Shown here piece by piece: positions 9,850 through 19,318 of a stretch of DNA of 64,000 nucleotides (its first letter is position 1; the number at the start of each line of letters is the position of its first letter). A program made the translations under genes and the position numbers. The stretch comes from Candidatus Poribacteria bacterium (GTDB lineage: Bacteria; Poribacteria; WGA-4E; WGA-3G): the NCBI GenBank assembly GCA_965215265.1, contig OZ244048.1, forward strand, positions 3,712,001 to 3,776,000, written 5' to 3'. The notes beneath the pieces were generated by a model that worked only from the letters and a program-made list of their open reading frames with translations, was not told the DNA's origin and did no database searches.

Positions 9850-10839
9850 ATGGCTAAAAAATACCGCGTCGCTATCGTGGGATGTGGCGGCATTTCATAC
9901 GCACACGGAAACGCTTGGAAACAGGTTCCTGAAATTGAAATCGTGGGTGCCTGTGACGAGAAATTTGAGGCGCTCTCCCGGTTTGCCGCAGAATATAACG
10001 TCCAGAATACATACAAAGAACTCCGGCAGATGTTAGAAAAACAGCAACCTGATGTTCTGGTAATTGCAACGTGGCCGTCAAGCCATCTCAAAAATTTACT
10101 TGAGGCGGTTCGGGTTGGGGTGAAGGGAATCCTCGTTGAAAAACCGATTGCTGTTAATACCTCACAACTTGAGCAGATGATCCAAGTGACAAACCGGGCT
10201 AAGATCCGGTTAATGGAAGCGTTTATGTATCGGCACCATCCGTTGACATTGGCGGTGAAACAGAAGATTGAGGACGGGGCTGTCGGCGCAGTACGCTACG
10301 TGCGCTCCACATTTTCAACCGGATTAACAGATCAACGGAATTGGCGACTCCGCGGAGAACTCGGCGGCGGGGCTGTGATGGATTTGGGCTGCTACTGTAT
10401 CAACATCATGCGCTATCTTATGGGGCAAGAACCGCAGGCTGTATGGGCAACCGGGAATTTTGAACCGATTAACAACGTCTGGGAAACCTTGATTGGTACA
10501 TTAGACTTTGGCAACGGCATTACTGGCCAATTAGATTGTAGTTTCGGTTGGACATGGCGCGAATCTTATGAGGTTGCAGGTACAGAGGGAACCCTCTTTG
10601 TTCAAAGTGCCTGGGGAAACAGCGAAGGTAATTCTCATTTCATCGTGAATGGCGACACCGTTGAGGTTACCGGGGTCAATCCGTATGCAGCTGAGATTCT
10701 AAACCTATGCCGTGCTATAGACACAGGGGAGCCGCTACTTCTGCCTATTGAAGATGCACTGGGGAATATGCGCGTTATTGATGCATTGCATCAGTCCGCA
10801 CACACCGGACAGCGTGTTCAAGTTACAGAGCAAGGCTAA
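9850..10839 (+). CDS. Gfo/Idh/MocA family oxidoreductase (D-xylose dehydrogenase-like subgroup)
   Basis: 'VAIVGCGGI', 'LVEKPIA', 'LMEAFMYRHHP', 'GGGAVMDLGCYCI'. AGGAG RBS. Confidence 0.93.
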   Translation: MAKKYRVAIVGCGGISYAHGNAWKQVPEIEIVGACDEKFEALSRFAAEYNVQNTYKELRQMLEKQQPDVLVIATWPSSHLKNLLEAVRVGVKGILVEKPIAVNTSQLEQMIQVTNRAKIRLMEAFMYRHHPLTLAVKQKIEDGAVGAVRYVRSTFSTGLTDQRNWRLRGELGGGAVMDLGCYCINIMRYLMGQEPQAVWATGNFEPINNVWETLIGTLDFGNGITGQLDCSFGWTWRESYEVAGTEGTLFVQSAWGNSEGNSHFIVNGDTVEVTGVNPYAAEILNLCRAIDTGEPLLLPIEDALGNMRVIDALHQSAHTGQRVQVTEQG

Positions 10840-11046
10840 ATCTCTATTAACATGTCGTTCCGAATCAATACTATGAATGCCTTGAATCAAAATTAACGCT
10901 ACTTGTGCCCCAATGGCACTAAGCGAGGCGCGAGGCGAGAGTGCATACATGACGACAGCACGCCTACACACCGTGCTTCTCCCACAATATGTGTGAAAAA
11001 GTAAGAGACTATCTCGCTTTAATCGACAAAAGAGGAAAAATGCATC

Positions 11047-13428
11047 ATGTTTGAAACAATTATGAAGTACCCGATCGATGTTTTTAGGGAGGGGGATTTC
11101 TCTTTTGGTGTCCCATTGCCCGGGCTCCTCATTTTTCTGCTACTCGGAGTACTCGTAGCGGTTACAATTTGGGGATATCGCAGCACGAGAGGCAGGACGG
11201 GGCGTTGGTTTCGCGGATTTCTTATTTTTCTTCGCGCAATTGTCCTCTGTTTTATTGCTTTCTGCCTGCTCAAGCCGTTTCTAACAATTTACCAGACTAA
11301 CCCGGATGACTCCTATCTGTTAGTGATGGTTGACCGGTCCAAGAGTATGCAGATTGCCGATACTGTAGATGGAGAGACACGACTGCATCACGCTAACAAG
11401 GTGCTGTTTGGAAATGGCAGTCAAGATAGTGACGCACTCCTACACAAACTCAATGCAAAATTTAAAACTCGGCTTTTCGCTTTTGATACCCAGGCAAAAC
11501 GGATTCCGAGTGTGACAGTGACGAACGCGGATGGAGAAAGTACCGATATTCCCACAGCATTCAACGAAGCATTAGACGATTTGCAGGGGGTTCCGTTGTC
11601 TGGAGTAGTGCTGTTAACGGATGGTGCCGACCGGAGTGGCACGGACATCGCAAAACTGGCATTGCAAAGTCGAGAACGTAAACTCCCCATCCATACTGTT
11701 GGAATTGGCTCAGAAGAAGACACAGCAGATTTTGAACTCGTTAAAGTTGATGTCCCTCGTCATGCAGAAGAAGATTTTCCGGTTGAACTGTCGGCCACAG
11801 TCAAACGGGTAGGTTACAAGGGAAAAGAGGTTAATGTTCAATTAAAGAAAAGTGGGCGGATCCTCAGAGAAGTCACTGTTGACATGGACAAAGGTAAACC
11901 TGAGAAAACAGAAAAAGATACTAAAACTGTCCGGGTACCTATTAAGTGGACACCGCTCCAACCCGGAACGCAGAGGTACGAAGTTCACGTTCTGCCACCG
12001 GAGGGTGAAACCGTTCCCCAAAACAATACAAAAACGTTTCTTCTGAAGGTGGCACCAAGCAATAAAGTCAAAATCTTATTCGTTGAAGGGAGTCCGAGGT
12101 ATGAATTCGGATTCATCAAACGGGCACTTAGGAACGACCCGAATATACAACTCACTGATCGGTTTCTAACGAGCGGCGACTATTATGGCGGTACGCAGAC
12201 CGATACAACGCAAGCCTTTCAATTCTATCCGGATACGAAAGAAACGCTCTTTGAATTTGACGCTATTATCTTTGGCAACGTAGATGCGACACATTTTACG
12301 CAGGTGCAGCTAGAAAATACGGTAGAGTTTATTCGCACGCGCGGCGGTGGATTCCTGATGTTAGGAGGCAGCGACTCCCTAGGCAACCCTGAGTTTTCCG
12401 CCTCCTATATTAATACACCCATTGCGCAACTTCTCCCTGTAGAATTGGAACTCGGTTCACCACCACCGTTGGCACCGAGACGGGGGCGCACCCAGGTATC
12501 CAGTTCTCAACTTGACAAGGATGCCAATTACAAATTGCAATTGACACCGGAAGGGAAAGTTGAGATGTTAATGGCAATGGCGGATACGCCGACAGAGAAT
12601 CTCGAACGGTGGCAGAACCTTTCCATCATGCAGGGATATAGTAAAGTTAAGCGTGCCAAAGCCGGGGCACTTGTTTTAGCTGTGCATCCGACATCGCGAA
12701 ATCAATTCGGCAAGCGCATCCTTATCGCAACCCATAACTACAACGCCGGGCGCGTTATGGTATTTACGCCGCACACTTCATGGCGATGGAAAATGGTCGA
12801 CCCGGAACCGCCGTTTCAGTATCAAAAGGGATTCCACGAACGATTTTGGCGACAGGTCGCGAAATGGTTGACAACAGCACCGAAAGAACACCTTAAACTT
12901 AATATTGCGAAGACTGCTTATACCTTGAAAGAACCCGTGGTCATTGAGGTTACAGCTACCGATAAGCAGTTTGAGTTGACGAATAAAGCGAAGTTGCGCA
13001 CCGTTATTGTTGACGAAACCGGAAAGCGCAACGAACTCCCGCTTGAACAGGTACTCGGCAGAGATGGCTACTACACAGGCCGGTTTATCCCAATCCGTTA
13101 CGGCGAGTATACCGTCACTGCAACCGGTACGCTTGATGGAGAAAGACTCGGAGAGCAACAAGGGCTTTTTGACGTGAAAACCTCCTACGCCGAGTTTAGC
13201 AACGCGGCACTCAATGTTCCGCTGCTGAAAACCCTTGCTGAAGGTAGCGGTGGAAAATACTACTCTATTGAGGAGGTATCCCAACTCGTCAATCAGATAC
13301 CGCTGGTTGAGAGCGCAACCTCAACGATTAAGGATGTGGATATCTGGGATATGCCGCTGATTTTTGGATTGCTTATTGCGATGCTCGGATTTGAATGGTT
13401 CTTGCGGAAACGCGGCGGTTTAGTCTAA
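11047..13428 (+). CDS. Membrane protein with vWA domain, Ig-like domain and class I glutamine amidotransferase-like domain
   Basis: Two N-terminal TM helices, MIDAS 'DRSKSM...T...LLTDG', 'KILFVEGSPRYEF', 'GGGFLMLGG' and a C-terminal TM ending 'EWFLRKRGGL'. Confidence 0.85.
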   Translation: MFETIMKYPIDVFREGDFSFGVPLPGLLIFLLLGVLVAVTIWGYRSTRGRTGRWFRGFLIFLRAIVLCFIAFCLLKPFLTIYQTNPDDSYLLVMVDRSKSMQIADTVDGETRLHHANKVLFGNGSQDSDALLHKLNAKFKTRLFAFDTQAKRIPSVTVTNADGESTDIPTAFNEALDDLQGVPLSGVVLLTDGADRSGTDIAKLALQSRERKLPIHTVGIGSEEDTADFELVKVDVPRHAEEDFPVELSATVKRVGYKGKEVNVQLKKSGRILREVTVDMDKGKPEKTEKDTKTVRVPIKWTPLQPGTQRYEVHVLPPEGETVPQNNTKTFLLKVAPSNKVKILFVEGSPRYEFGFIKRALRNDPNIQLTDRFLTSGDYYGGTQTDTTQAFQFYPDTKETLFEFDAIIFGNVDATHFTQVQLENTVEFIRTRGGGFLMLGGSDSLGNPEFSASYINTPIAQLLPVELELGSPPPLAPRRGRTQVSSSQLDKDANYKLQLTPEGKVEMLMAMADTPTENLERWQNLSIMQGYSKVKRAKAGALVLAVHPTSRNQFGKRILIATHNYNAGRVMVFTPHTSWRWKMVDPEPPFQYQKGFHERFWRQVAKWLTTAPKEHLKLNIAKTAYTLKEPVVIEVTATDKQFELTNKAKLRTVIVDETGKRNELPLEQVLGRDGYYTGRFIPIRYGEYTVTATGTLDGERLGEQQGLFDVKTSYAEFSNAALNVPLLKTLAEGSGGKYYSIEEVSQLVNQIPLVESATSTIKDVDIWDMPLIFGLLIAMLGFEWFLRKRGGLV

Positions 13429-13621
13429 CTTGTTAAAATCCAGCTCCGCATAAATCATGTGGATTTCTTGTCTGATATTTGGGCGGTGTCACTTTTTTTA
13501 TCACAAACTGTTCAAAAAATGGGCAATTCTATTCGCATAGAGTTTTGCACGCTCTGGCAGCGTATGGCTGTCATCTCCCTAACTATACGACATAACCGAT
13601 GCAGCGTTGAATCGATAACAA

Positions 13622-13638
13622 TTGGCATGTAAATTGCA
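13622..13638 (+). promoter_or_regulatory. Sigma54 (-24/-12) promoter
   Basis: TTGGCATGTAAATTGCA with GG at 13624-25 and GC at 13636-37, exactly 12 bp apart. A dyad-like site TGTTCAAAAAATGGGCA lies about 100 bp upstream (13509-13525). Confidence 0.75.
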
Positions 13639-13648
13639 CATATTTGGA

Positions 13649-13720
13649 TAAGCCTCCTTGGGTTAGCCGGAGCCACAACCTCGGTTGGTTAACGTGAGTG
13701 TTGTGGCTCGGGTTAAAAAT
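13649..13720 (+). ncRNA. Candidate sigma54-dependent small RNA
   Basis: Starts at the predicted TSS of the sigma54 promoter. CCTCCTT (13653-13659) is followed by a long stem, GAGCCACAAC/GTTGTGGCTC (13670-13709), extendable by TTAGCC/GGTTAA. No credible CDS lies downstream on this strand. Confidence 0.45.
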
Positions 13721-14031
13721 TTAGAAAGCGTCCCCGGGCAAATCTCTGATTTGCTAAAAGGTGCGTAGATTTAGAGAAGGTTTCTTCTCTCGATACTTAT
13801 ACGTCATCCACGCAGCAGCGATATTCACCAAAAAATTTATTATATTCCTTCCGATGACACTCGTGTACCAGATGGCACTCACAGCAACTCGCCCTCCCCC
13901 AAGCTACCCGCCACATTAAGTGTCATTACATTTTTGAAGGGCTGATGAGAAAATCGCGTGCAGTTATTGCTTTGTCAGCTGTCATTAAACGGCTCCATGC
14001 CTGCAATCGATGCTACAGTGTCTCGCTTTTT

Positions 14032-15237
14032 TTACGTTCGGTAGTCTGCGTTAATGCGGATGTAATCGTAAGAATAATCACATGTCCACATCGTTATCTC
14101 AGCATCGCCAGCGTGCAAATCAATGGTAAGTTTCACAGGATCTTGTGCGAACAAGGCAGTTGCTTTTTCTTCATGAAAACCGGCATCCATTCCATCCTTG
14201 ACGAGTTGATAGTCCTGAAGCCATACGTTGGTTTGATCCGGGTTGAATTCTGCCTCCGATTTCCCGATTGCCATCATGATGCGGCCCCAGTTTGCATCAT
14301 TAGCGAATATTGCTGTCTTGACAAGCGGAGACTCCGCGACAGCGCGGGCAGCTTTTTCTGCATCATTCCGGTTTTTCGCATTTTTGACAACTACCTCAAC
14401 CAGTTTCGTGGCACCTTCGCCATCGCGAGCGAGCATCTTAGTCAATTCGGTACACACGAATTGGAGTCCCTCAAAGAATTCTCCGTAATTCTTGCCTTCT
14501 GCATCAACAATTTCAGCGTTACCAGCACTGCCCGTCGCGAGGATCAGCACCGTGTCATTTGTGCTACGATCGGTGTCGACAGTTAGCAGGTTATATGTAT
14601 TATTGACGACTGTGGTTAGTGCAGTATGGAGCGCTTCTGCAGTGATACATGCATCTGTTGTCAGGAAGGAAAGCATCGTCGCCATGTTTGGCGCTATCAT
14701 CCCCGAACCTTTGGCAATGCCACCGATTCTTACCGGTGTACCATCAATTTCTACCTCAACGGCAACAGATTTAGGGTGTGTGTCCGTAGTCATGATTGCC
14801 TCTGCAGCATCATCTCCGCCTTCCGTGCTAAGTCTTGTTGCTGCCTGACTAATCCCGTTTCCAATAGTGTCCATCGGCAGCTGTTGCCCAATCACGCCGG
14901 TTGAGGAGACGAGAACGAGGTTTTCAGCAATGCCGAGCTGTTCACCTGTCAACCTTGCCATTTTTTCTGCATTCGCCATACCAAGTTCGCCAGTACATGC
15001 ATTCGCATTCCCGCTGTTAACAATAACGGCTTGTGCTGTGGCATCAGTGAGGTGCTGGCGGCAAACCCACACCGGCGCGGCAGTGACGCTATTCTTGGTA
15101 AAAACACCCGCGGCAACAGCCGGGGACGCTGTCACAATTAAAGCCACGTCTTTCTGATTGTCTTTTTTAATTCCAGCGTGTACACCTGCTGCCTGTACAC
15201 CCCGTGCAGCGGTGATTCCGCCATCTATCTGTTTCAT
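14032..15237 (-). CDS. argJ: Bifunctional glutamate N-acetyltransferase/amino-acid acetyltransferase ArgJ
   Basis: 'NSGNANACTG', 'SSTGVIG', 'IMTTDT', autoproteolysis site 'KGSGMIAPNMATML', 'STNDT', 'DGEGATK', 'DANWGRI', C-terminal 'YIRINADYRT'. Confidence 0.98.
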   Translation of the reverse strand: MKQIDGGITAARGVQAAGVHAGIKKDNQKDVALIVTASPAVAAGVFTKNSVTAAPVWVCRQHLTDATAQAVIVNSGNANACTGELGMANAEKMARLTGEQLGIAENLVLVSSTGVIGQQLPMDTIGNGISQAATRLSTEGGDDAAEAIMTTDTHPKSVAVEVEIDGTPVRIGGIAKGSGMIAPNMATMLSFLTTDACITAEALHTALTTVVNNTYNLLTVDTDRSTNDTVLILATGSAGNAEIVDAEGKNYGEFFEGLQFVCTELTKMLARDGEGATKLVEVVVKNAKNRNDAEKAARAVAESPLVKTAIFANDANWGRIMMAIGKSEAEFNPDQTNVWLQDYQLVKDGMDAGFHEEKATALFAQDPVKLTIDLHAGDAEITMWTCDYSYDYIRINADYRT

Positions 15238-15353
15238 TGTTCTTGCTGGAAACGTTAAGGGCTTTCTGCCGTGAGGGGCCTTGTGCCTATCTCGTCAGAG
15301 CCTTTTTAGGCATTCCCCTTAAAAATACTCCTATTAAAACTACTTGTAGGCGA

Positions 15354-15383
15354 ATTATAACATACTCTGAGTGAAACTGTCAA
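15354..15383 (-). promoter_or_regulatory. Sigma70-type promoter for argJ
   Basis: Minus strand reads TTGACA-18 nt-TATAAT, with an extended -10 (TGT-TATAAT). Confidence 0.75.
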
Positions 15384-15438
15384 GCGCTTTCATTTCTGCA
15401 CCAAAGGATTTCGTTAGCAAGGTCTTGCAATTTACAAC

Positions 15439-15466
15439 TTGACATCCCGTTAACGGTGCATATAAT
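15439..15466 (+). promoter_or_regulatory. Sigma70-type promoter with palindromic operator
   Basis: TTGACA-16 nt-TATAAT. The spacer holds the perfect palindrome CCGTTAACGG. Lies upstream of the Gfo/Idh/MocA gene at 15598. Confidence 0.6.
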
Positions 15467-15597
15467 AGTATTATGAGACTTCATTTTTAGGTCTATCATA
15501 CACGGCCCGTTTTCTCTGACGTGAACCCTCGAAACTTTTCTCGTTAGAGACTTTGGGGCCATTATCTACAAAGTATATGAATATAGGAGGATGAGAT

Positions 15598-16599
15598 ATG
15601 GCGAAAATACGGATGGCACAATACGGAACAAAACACGGGCATGCACGCGGCAAATTGCAAGCGATGCTTGTCAATCCAGATGTAGAAGTAGTAGGTGTTT
15701 TTGAACCCGATAAACAACAACGAGCACGCCTACAAAATTCAGATGGCGCGTTTGCAGATGTCCACTGGTTTCCAGATTCAGCCCAAATGTTAAGTGATGC
15801 ATCAATTGTCGCAATTGCCTCAGAGGGCAGCAACAGCGAAAGCCTGAACCAGACAGAAGAGATTGTCAATGCCGGTAAGCATGTCTGGTACGATAAACCC
15901 GCAGGTGAAAACTGGGAGCAATGGCAGCACGTCATCAGTACCGCACAAGAAAAATCCGTTTTGGTACAGATGGGGTATATGTTGCGCTACCATTCTGCTT
16001 TCAGACAGATTGCAGACTGGGTGAAATCAGGATTTTTGGGAGACATCTTTTCTATCCGGGCGCACATGTCAACAAACATCTCGCGTGAGGCACGCACGCG
16101 TATCAGCCAACATATCGGCGGCATCTTTTTCGACCTCGGCGGACATGTGCTGGACCAGGTACTATGGCTGTTGGGCAGACCGGAGAAGGTTACTGCCTTT
16201 CTACGAAACGATGGTGGTTCCGTGGAGCCTTTCAAAGATAATACTCTCACCGTGTATGAATTTGAAAACGCAATGGCGTTTATTTCTATCTCAGCTTTGG
16301 AACCCAGGCCGGTTGCCCGCCGATTCGAAGTTTATGGGACAGAAGGGAGTGCTATCATCGTTGAACCGTTCGAGCCGGGGCTCAACATTCGGCTCTGTTT
16401 GGAAGAAGCTAGAGGGAACTATTCTAAAGGAGAACAGATAGTAGAAATAGCAGGTGAAAGCCGCCAACGACTTTATGAATTGGAATTGGACGCATTTTTA
16501 GCAACCATCGCTGGAACCCAACCGCCTGACCGGCCCGCATCTCACGAATTGCTGGTACAGGAAACGCTTCTACGGGCAACCGGAGTTATCACAGATTGA
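15598..16599 (+). CDS. Gfo/Idh/MocA family oxidoreductase
   Basis: 'GKHVWYDKPAG', 'VQMGYMLRY', 'GGIFFDLGGHVLD', 'FEVYGTEG'. AGGAGG RBS. Confidence 0.92.
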   Translation: MAKIRMAQYGTKHGHARGKLQAMLVNPDVEVVGVFEPDKQQRARLQNSDGAFADVHWFPDSAQMLSDASIVAIASEGSNSESLNQTEEIVNAGKHVWYDKPAGENWEQWQHVISTAQEKSVLVQMGYMLRYHSAFRQIADWVKSGFLGDIFSIRAHMSTNISREARTRISQHIGGIFFDLGGHVLDQVLWLLGRPEKVTAFLRNDGGSVEPFKDNTLTVYEFENAMAFISISALEPRPVARRFEVYGTEGSAIIVEPFEPGLNIRLCLEEARGNYSKGEQIVEIAGESRQRLYELELDAFLATIAGTQPPDRPASHELLVQETLLRATGVITD

Positions 16600-16617
16600 G
16601 AATATTACTGCTTTATG

Positions 16618-16643
16618 ACGGGCGGATATCAGGATCCGCCCGT
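16618..16643. repeat. REP-like palindrome / possible bidirectional terminator
   Basis: ACGGGCGGAT-atcagg-ATCCGCCCGT between convergent genes. A related palindrome lies at 60384-60410. Confidence 0.55.
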
Positions 16644-16660
16644 CCGATACGGAGTGGCTC

Positions 16661-17326
16661 TTAGTCTTCAAGACCCGCCGCCCACTTGATGCACCCGGTA
16701 ATGTGCTCGTGAAACCACCCTTCACGCCAGAGTGCATCTGGATGGCCGAGCGCGGTATACATGACGCGCCCCTTGCCGTAACTATGGCACCAACCTAAGG
16801 CATAGTCCTGGTCATCGCGATTTCCACGCGAGACATCAATAGAGGCGTTGTCTAAGCGCATGAGCACACGCGTTTTGCTACGAGCCCAATTCTTGAATGT
16901 ATAGATTTCATCAACGACTTTAAAGCTGCTACCGAGCATTCGCGTCGCAGGGTGCTCAGTATCCTCAACAATAACGTTGACTTCTTGGTGCCACGGATGC
17001 CCAGCGAAATAGCCACCCAGCATTTCACCATATTCTGGCCAATCGTAGCAGGTATCCGTGGCGTTATGGATACCGAAAAATGCTTTGCCGTCGCGAACGA
17101 AGCCAAGTAGTGCTTCTTTCTGGACGTTATCAAAAGGTAAATTGCCCGTTGTTGCAAATGCGACGAGGTCCTGTTTTTGGAGGTTCTCGGCGTTAATCTG
17201 CTCACACCGGTGGGTTGTCCCAACGTTCCAACCATTTTTTGCACCGATCTGCTTGAGTGCCACTTCAGCATCCGGTAGGTAACTGTGCTCAAAACCAGCG
17301 GAATGACGTAACATGAGAATGTTCAT
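16661..17326 (-). CDS. ThuA (trehalose utilization)-like domain protein
   Basis: 'SAGFEHS', 'GKAFFGIHNATDT', 'GGYFAGHPW', 'DEIY', 'YGKGRVMYTALGH'. ATG at 17326. Confidence 0.92.
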   Translation of the reverse strand: MNILMLRHSAGFEHSYLPDAEVALKQIGAKNGWNVGTTHRCEQINAENLQKQDLVAFATTGNLPFDNVQKEALLGFVRDGKAFFGIHNATDTCYDWPEYGEMLGGYFAGHPWHQEVNVIVEDTEHPATRMLGSSFKVVDEIYTFKNWARSKTRVLMRLDNASIDVSRGNRDDQDYALGWCHSYGKGRVMYTALGHPDALWREGWFHEHITGCIKWAAGLED

Positions 17327-17500
17327 AAAACGATCCTTTCCCAAGGAATACAAGAATTGTGAAACAATTTTTTCGTGTTATTATACAAAAATTCCAAAAA
17401 AAGTGGTAACATATTCGCACCGCCTCTCAAAAAAGGTTGCCATACCGTCGCGTTTTGTGGCATTATTATCATAAACAGATATAAGGAGAATACCTGTCTC

Positions 17501-18451
17501 ATGAAATTTTTTAAAAAAGGTAAAGAAAAAAAAACGGCACCTAAATCGGATGATGCAACGAAATCGCATCCTGAGTTGAAGGTTATCAGCGGGACACAGA
17601 TTTCAGGAAAGCCATCGCAAGAGCAGCGCCCACTGCAACAACCACAGCAGCAGAACATTACGCTGCCAAATGTACAGTATAAGATTGCCGTGGCAAGTGG
17701 AAAGGGCGGAGTTGGCAAATCAACTGTCGCTACAAATCTGGCAATCTCCTTGGCCAAGGCGGGGGCAAAAGTCGGTTTGATGGACGCAGATGCTTACGGG
17801 CCCAGTATTCCAACAATGATGGGGATCCAAGAACGCCCACAAACAAGTCCGGCACGGAAACTTGTCCCGCTTGTTCGACATGATATTAAACTCATGTCAA
17901 TCGGTTTTATGGTGCCCGAAGAACAAGCGATGATTTGGCGAGGCCCGATGTTACACAGTGCCATCCGTCAATTTCTGAGCGATGTCGACTGGGGTGCACT
18001 CGATTACCTCATCATCGACCTGCCGCCGGGGACAGGCGATGTCGCACTTTCATTAACCCAGGCGATGCCGCTCACCGGCGCTGTCATTGTTACCACACCT
18101 CAGGATGTCGCCTTGGCGGATGTCCGACGCGGTGTCGCAATGTTCGAAAGATTAGGCGTACCGATCTTGGGCATCATTGAAAACATGAGCTATTTTATAT
18201 GTCCACACTGCGACGAAAAAACTGAAATTTTCAGAGCCGATGGCGGGAAAAATATGAGTGAGCGGTTCAGCGTTGCTTTGTTAGGACAGATCCCACTTGA
18301 CGCTGAAGTCTGCACAGCAGGCGACCTCGGGGTGCCTATTGTGGCAGGGCATCCGGATTCTCCACAGTCTGAAGCATTTGGCACAGCGGCGATGGAATTG
18401 CAGACGGTGTTAAAGGAAAGCGGGGAAGAAGAGGAATTGAAGATTCTCTAA
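17501..18451 (+). CDS. apbC: Mrp/NBP35 (ApbC) Fe-S cluster carrier ATPase
   Basis: Deviant Walker A 'SGKGGVGKST', 'DADAYGPS', 'WRGPM', 'DLPPGTGD', 'VTTPQ', 'ENMS..CPHC'. ATG 17501 follows AAGGAG. Confidence 0.95.
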   Translation: MKFFKKGKEKKTAPKSDDATKSHPELKVISGTQISGKPSQEQRPLQQPQQQNITLPNVQYKIAVASGKGGVGKSTVATNLAISLAKAGAKVGLMDADAYGPSIPTMMGIQERPQTSPARKLVPLVRHDIKLMSIGFMVPEEQAMIWRGPMLHSAIRQFLSDVDWGALDYLIIDLPPGTGDVALSLTQAMPLTGAVIVTTPQDVALADVRRGVAMFERLGVPILGIIENMSYFICPHCDEKTEIFRADGGKNMSERFSVALLGQIPLDAEVCTAGDLGVPIVAGHPDSPQSEAFGTAAMELQTVLKESGEEEELKIL

Positions 18452-18539
18452 AGCAGGAATACAGAAACCCCTAAAATCGCTTGAAGCTACCTCTTCTCAA
18501 AGACGGCATCGATATCAGCGGTGCTTCAACCCACCGCTG

Positions 18540-18810
18540 GTATCTGCTGTTAATACTTCGGGAGTTGAGCACTAAGGCGTTTCTGTCTCTGTTGAGAACC
18601 TTGAGTCGGTATTCAGAAGGATATCCATGAAGGCTCCGTCCGCCTCAGAATGTTCCTGCTGGGACGAAACCTCTCGCTGAATGGGTGGAATGTAGGGCTC
18701 TCCGGATTCAATGGCACGGCGATGCACCTGTGCAACAATGTCTCTCTCTCAGGCCTTGCTTTTATAAGTTCTAACGCTTTGTCGTAATCCCCGACCCCTT
18801 TAGTATGCAA
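18540..18810 (-). pseudogene. Degenerate remnant of a TPR-like protein gene
   Basis: 'GVGDYDKALELIKA' in one frame continues as 'RRAIESGEPYIPPIQRE...' in another frame. No intact start was found. Confidence 0.3.
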
Positions 18811-18893
18811 AAGTTAAATAGGCATTAACGTTGGGAAAAACAGGGGCATCTGCTGCAGCGGAAAAAACGGAGTTGATCGCATAAAGATTCAAT

Positions 18894-18976
18894 AAAGAGG
18901 TGTGATAGCATTCGGCACACGGCCTACTCACCATCACACCTCTGCTTTTATCTTTCGCTGCGCATAAAACGAGCCG
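18894..18976. repeat. 83-bp direct repeat, copy 1 (downstream of rpn gene)
   Basis: Matches 20262-20344 at 82 of 83 positions. Contains the inverted repeat AGAGGTGTGAT...ATCACACCTCT. Weaker similarity continues to about 19005. Confidence 0.95.
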
Positions 18977-19072
18977 GACAAGATACGGGTTGGCCCAGCA
19001 CAAAACCGAGAAACACTTTTATGAAAACGGAACCCTCCGCTCACTCGACCAGGGCGTTCGGTGCGTGCGGTC

Positions 19073-19318
19073 CTATAGTTCTAACGCCTGTAGGAATGCT
19101 TGAAAACTGTCGGTTTTGACGGCTGTCAGCAGCAATTGCTCGAGGTGTTCGAGGTTAGAAAGCGTTTCGAGTTGCTGTGTCGCCGTCTCTATGTCACAGC
19201 CTGGGAATCGTGCGTTGAGGACGGCGGTTATATTTTTGATAGCATTTTGGCACGCCCCTTGTTCTATGCCTTGTGCTATGCCTCGTTCGAAGAGGAATTC
19301 GGCCATTGTCTCTGCCAT
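19073..19318 (-). CDS. Putative in-frame internal small protein (RpnS-type antitoxin), 81 aa
   Basis: Minus strand GGAGGT (19331-19326), a 7-nt spacer, then ATG at 19318 in frame with the rpn gene. Protein begins MAETMAEFLFERGIAQG. Confidence 0.65.
   Translation of the reverse strand: MAETMAEFLFERGIAQGIEQGACQNAIKNITAVLNARFPGCDIETATQQLETLSNLEHLEQLLLTAVKTDSFQAFLQALEL

Noticed and set aside
13945-14586. 213-aa plus-strand ORF
   Set aside because: Antisense shadow of argJ with no motifs.
15255-15322. Hammerhead ribozyme in the argJ leader (CTGACGA...GAAA on the minus strand)
   Set aside because: Lacks the NUH cleavage triplet next to stem III and the G-C pair closing stem II. Kept only as a generic structured-leader candidate.
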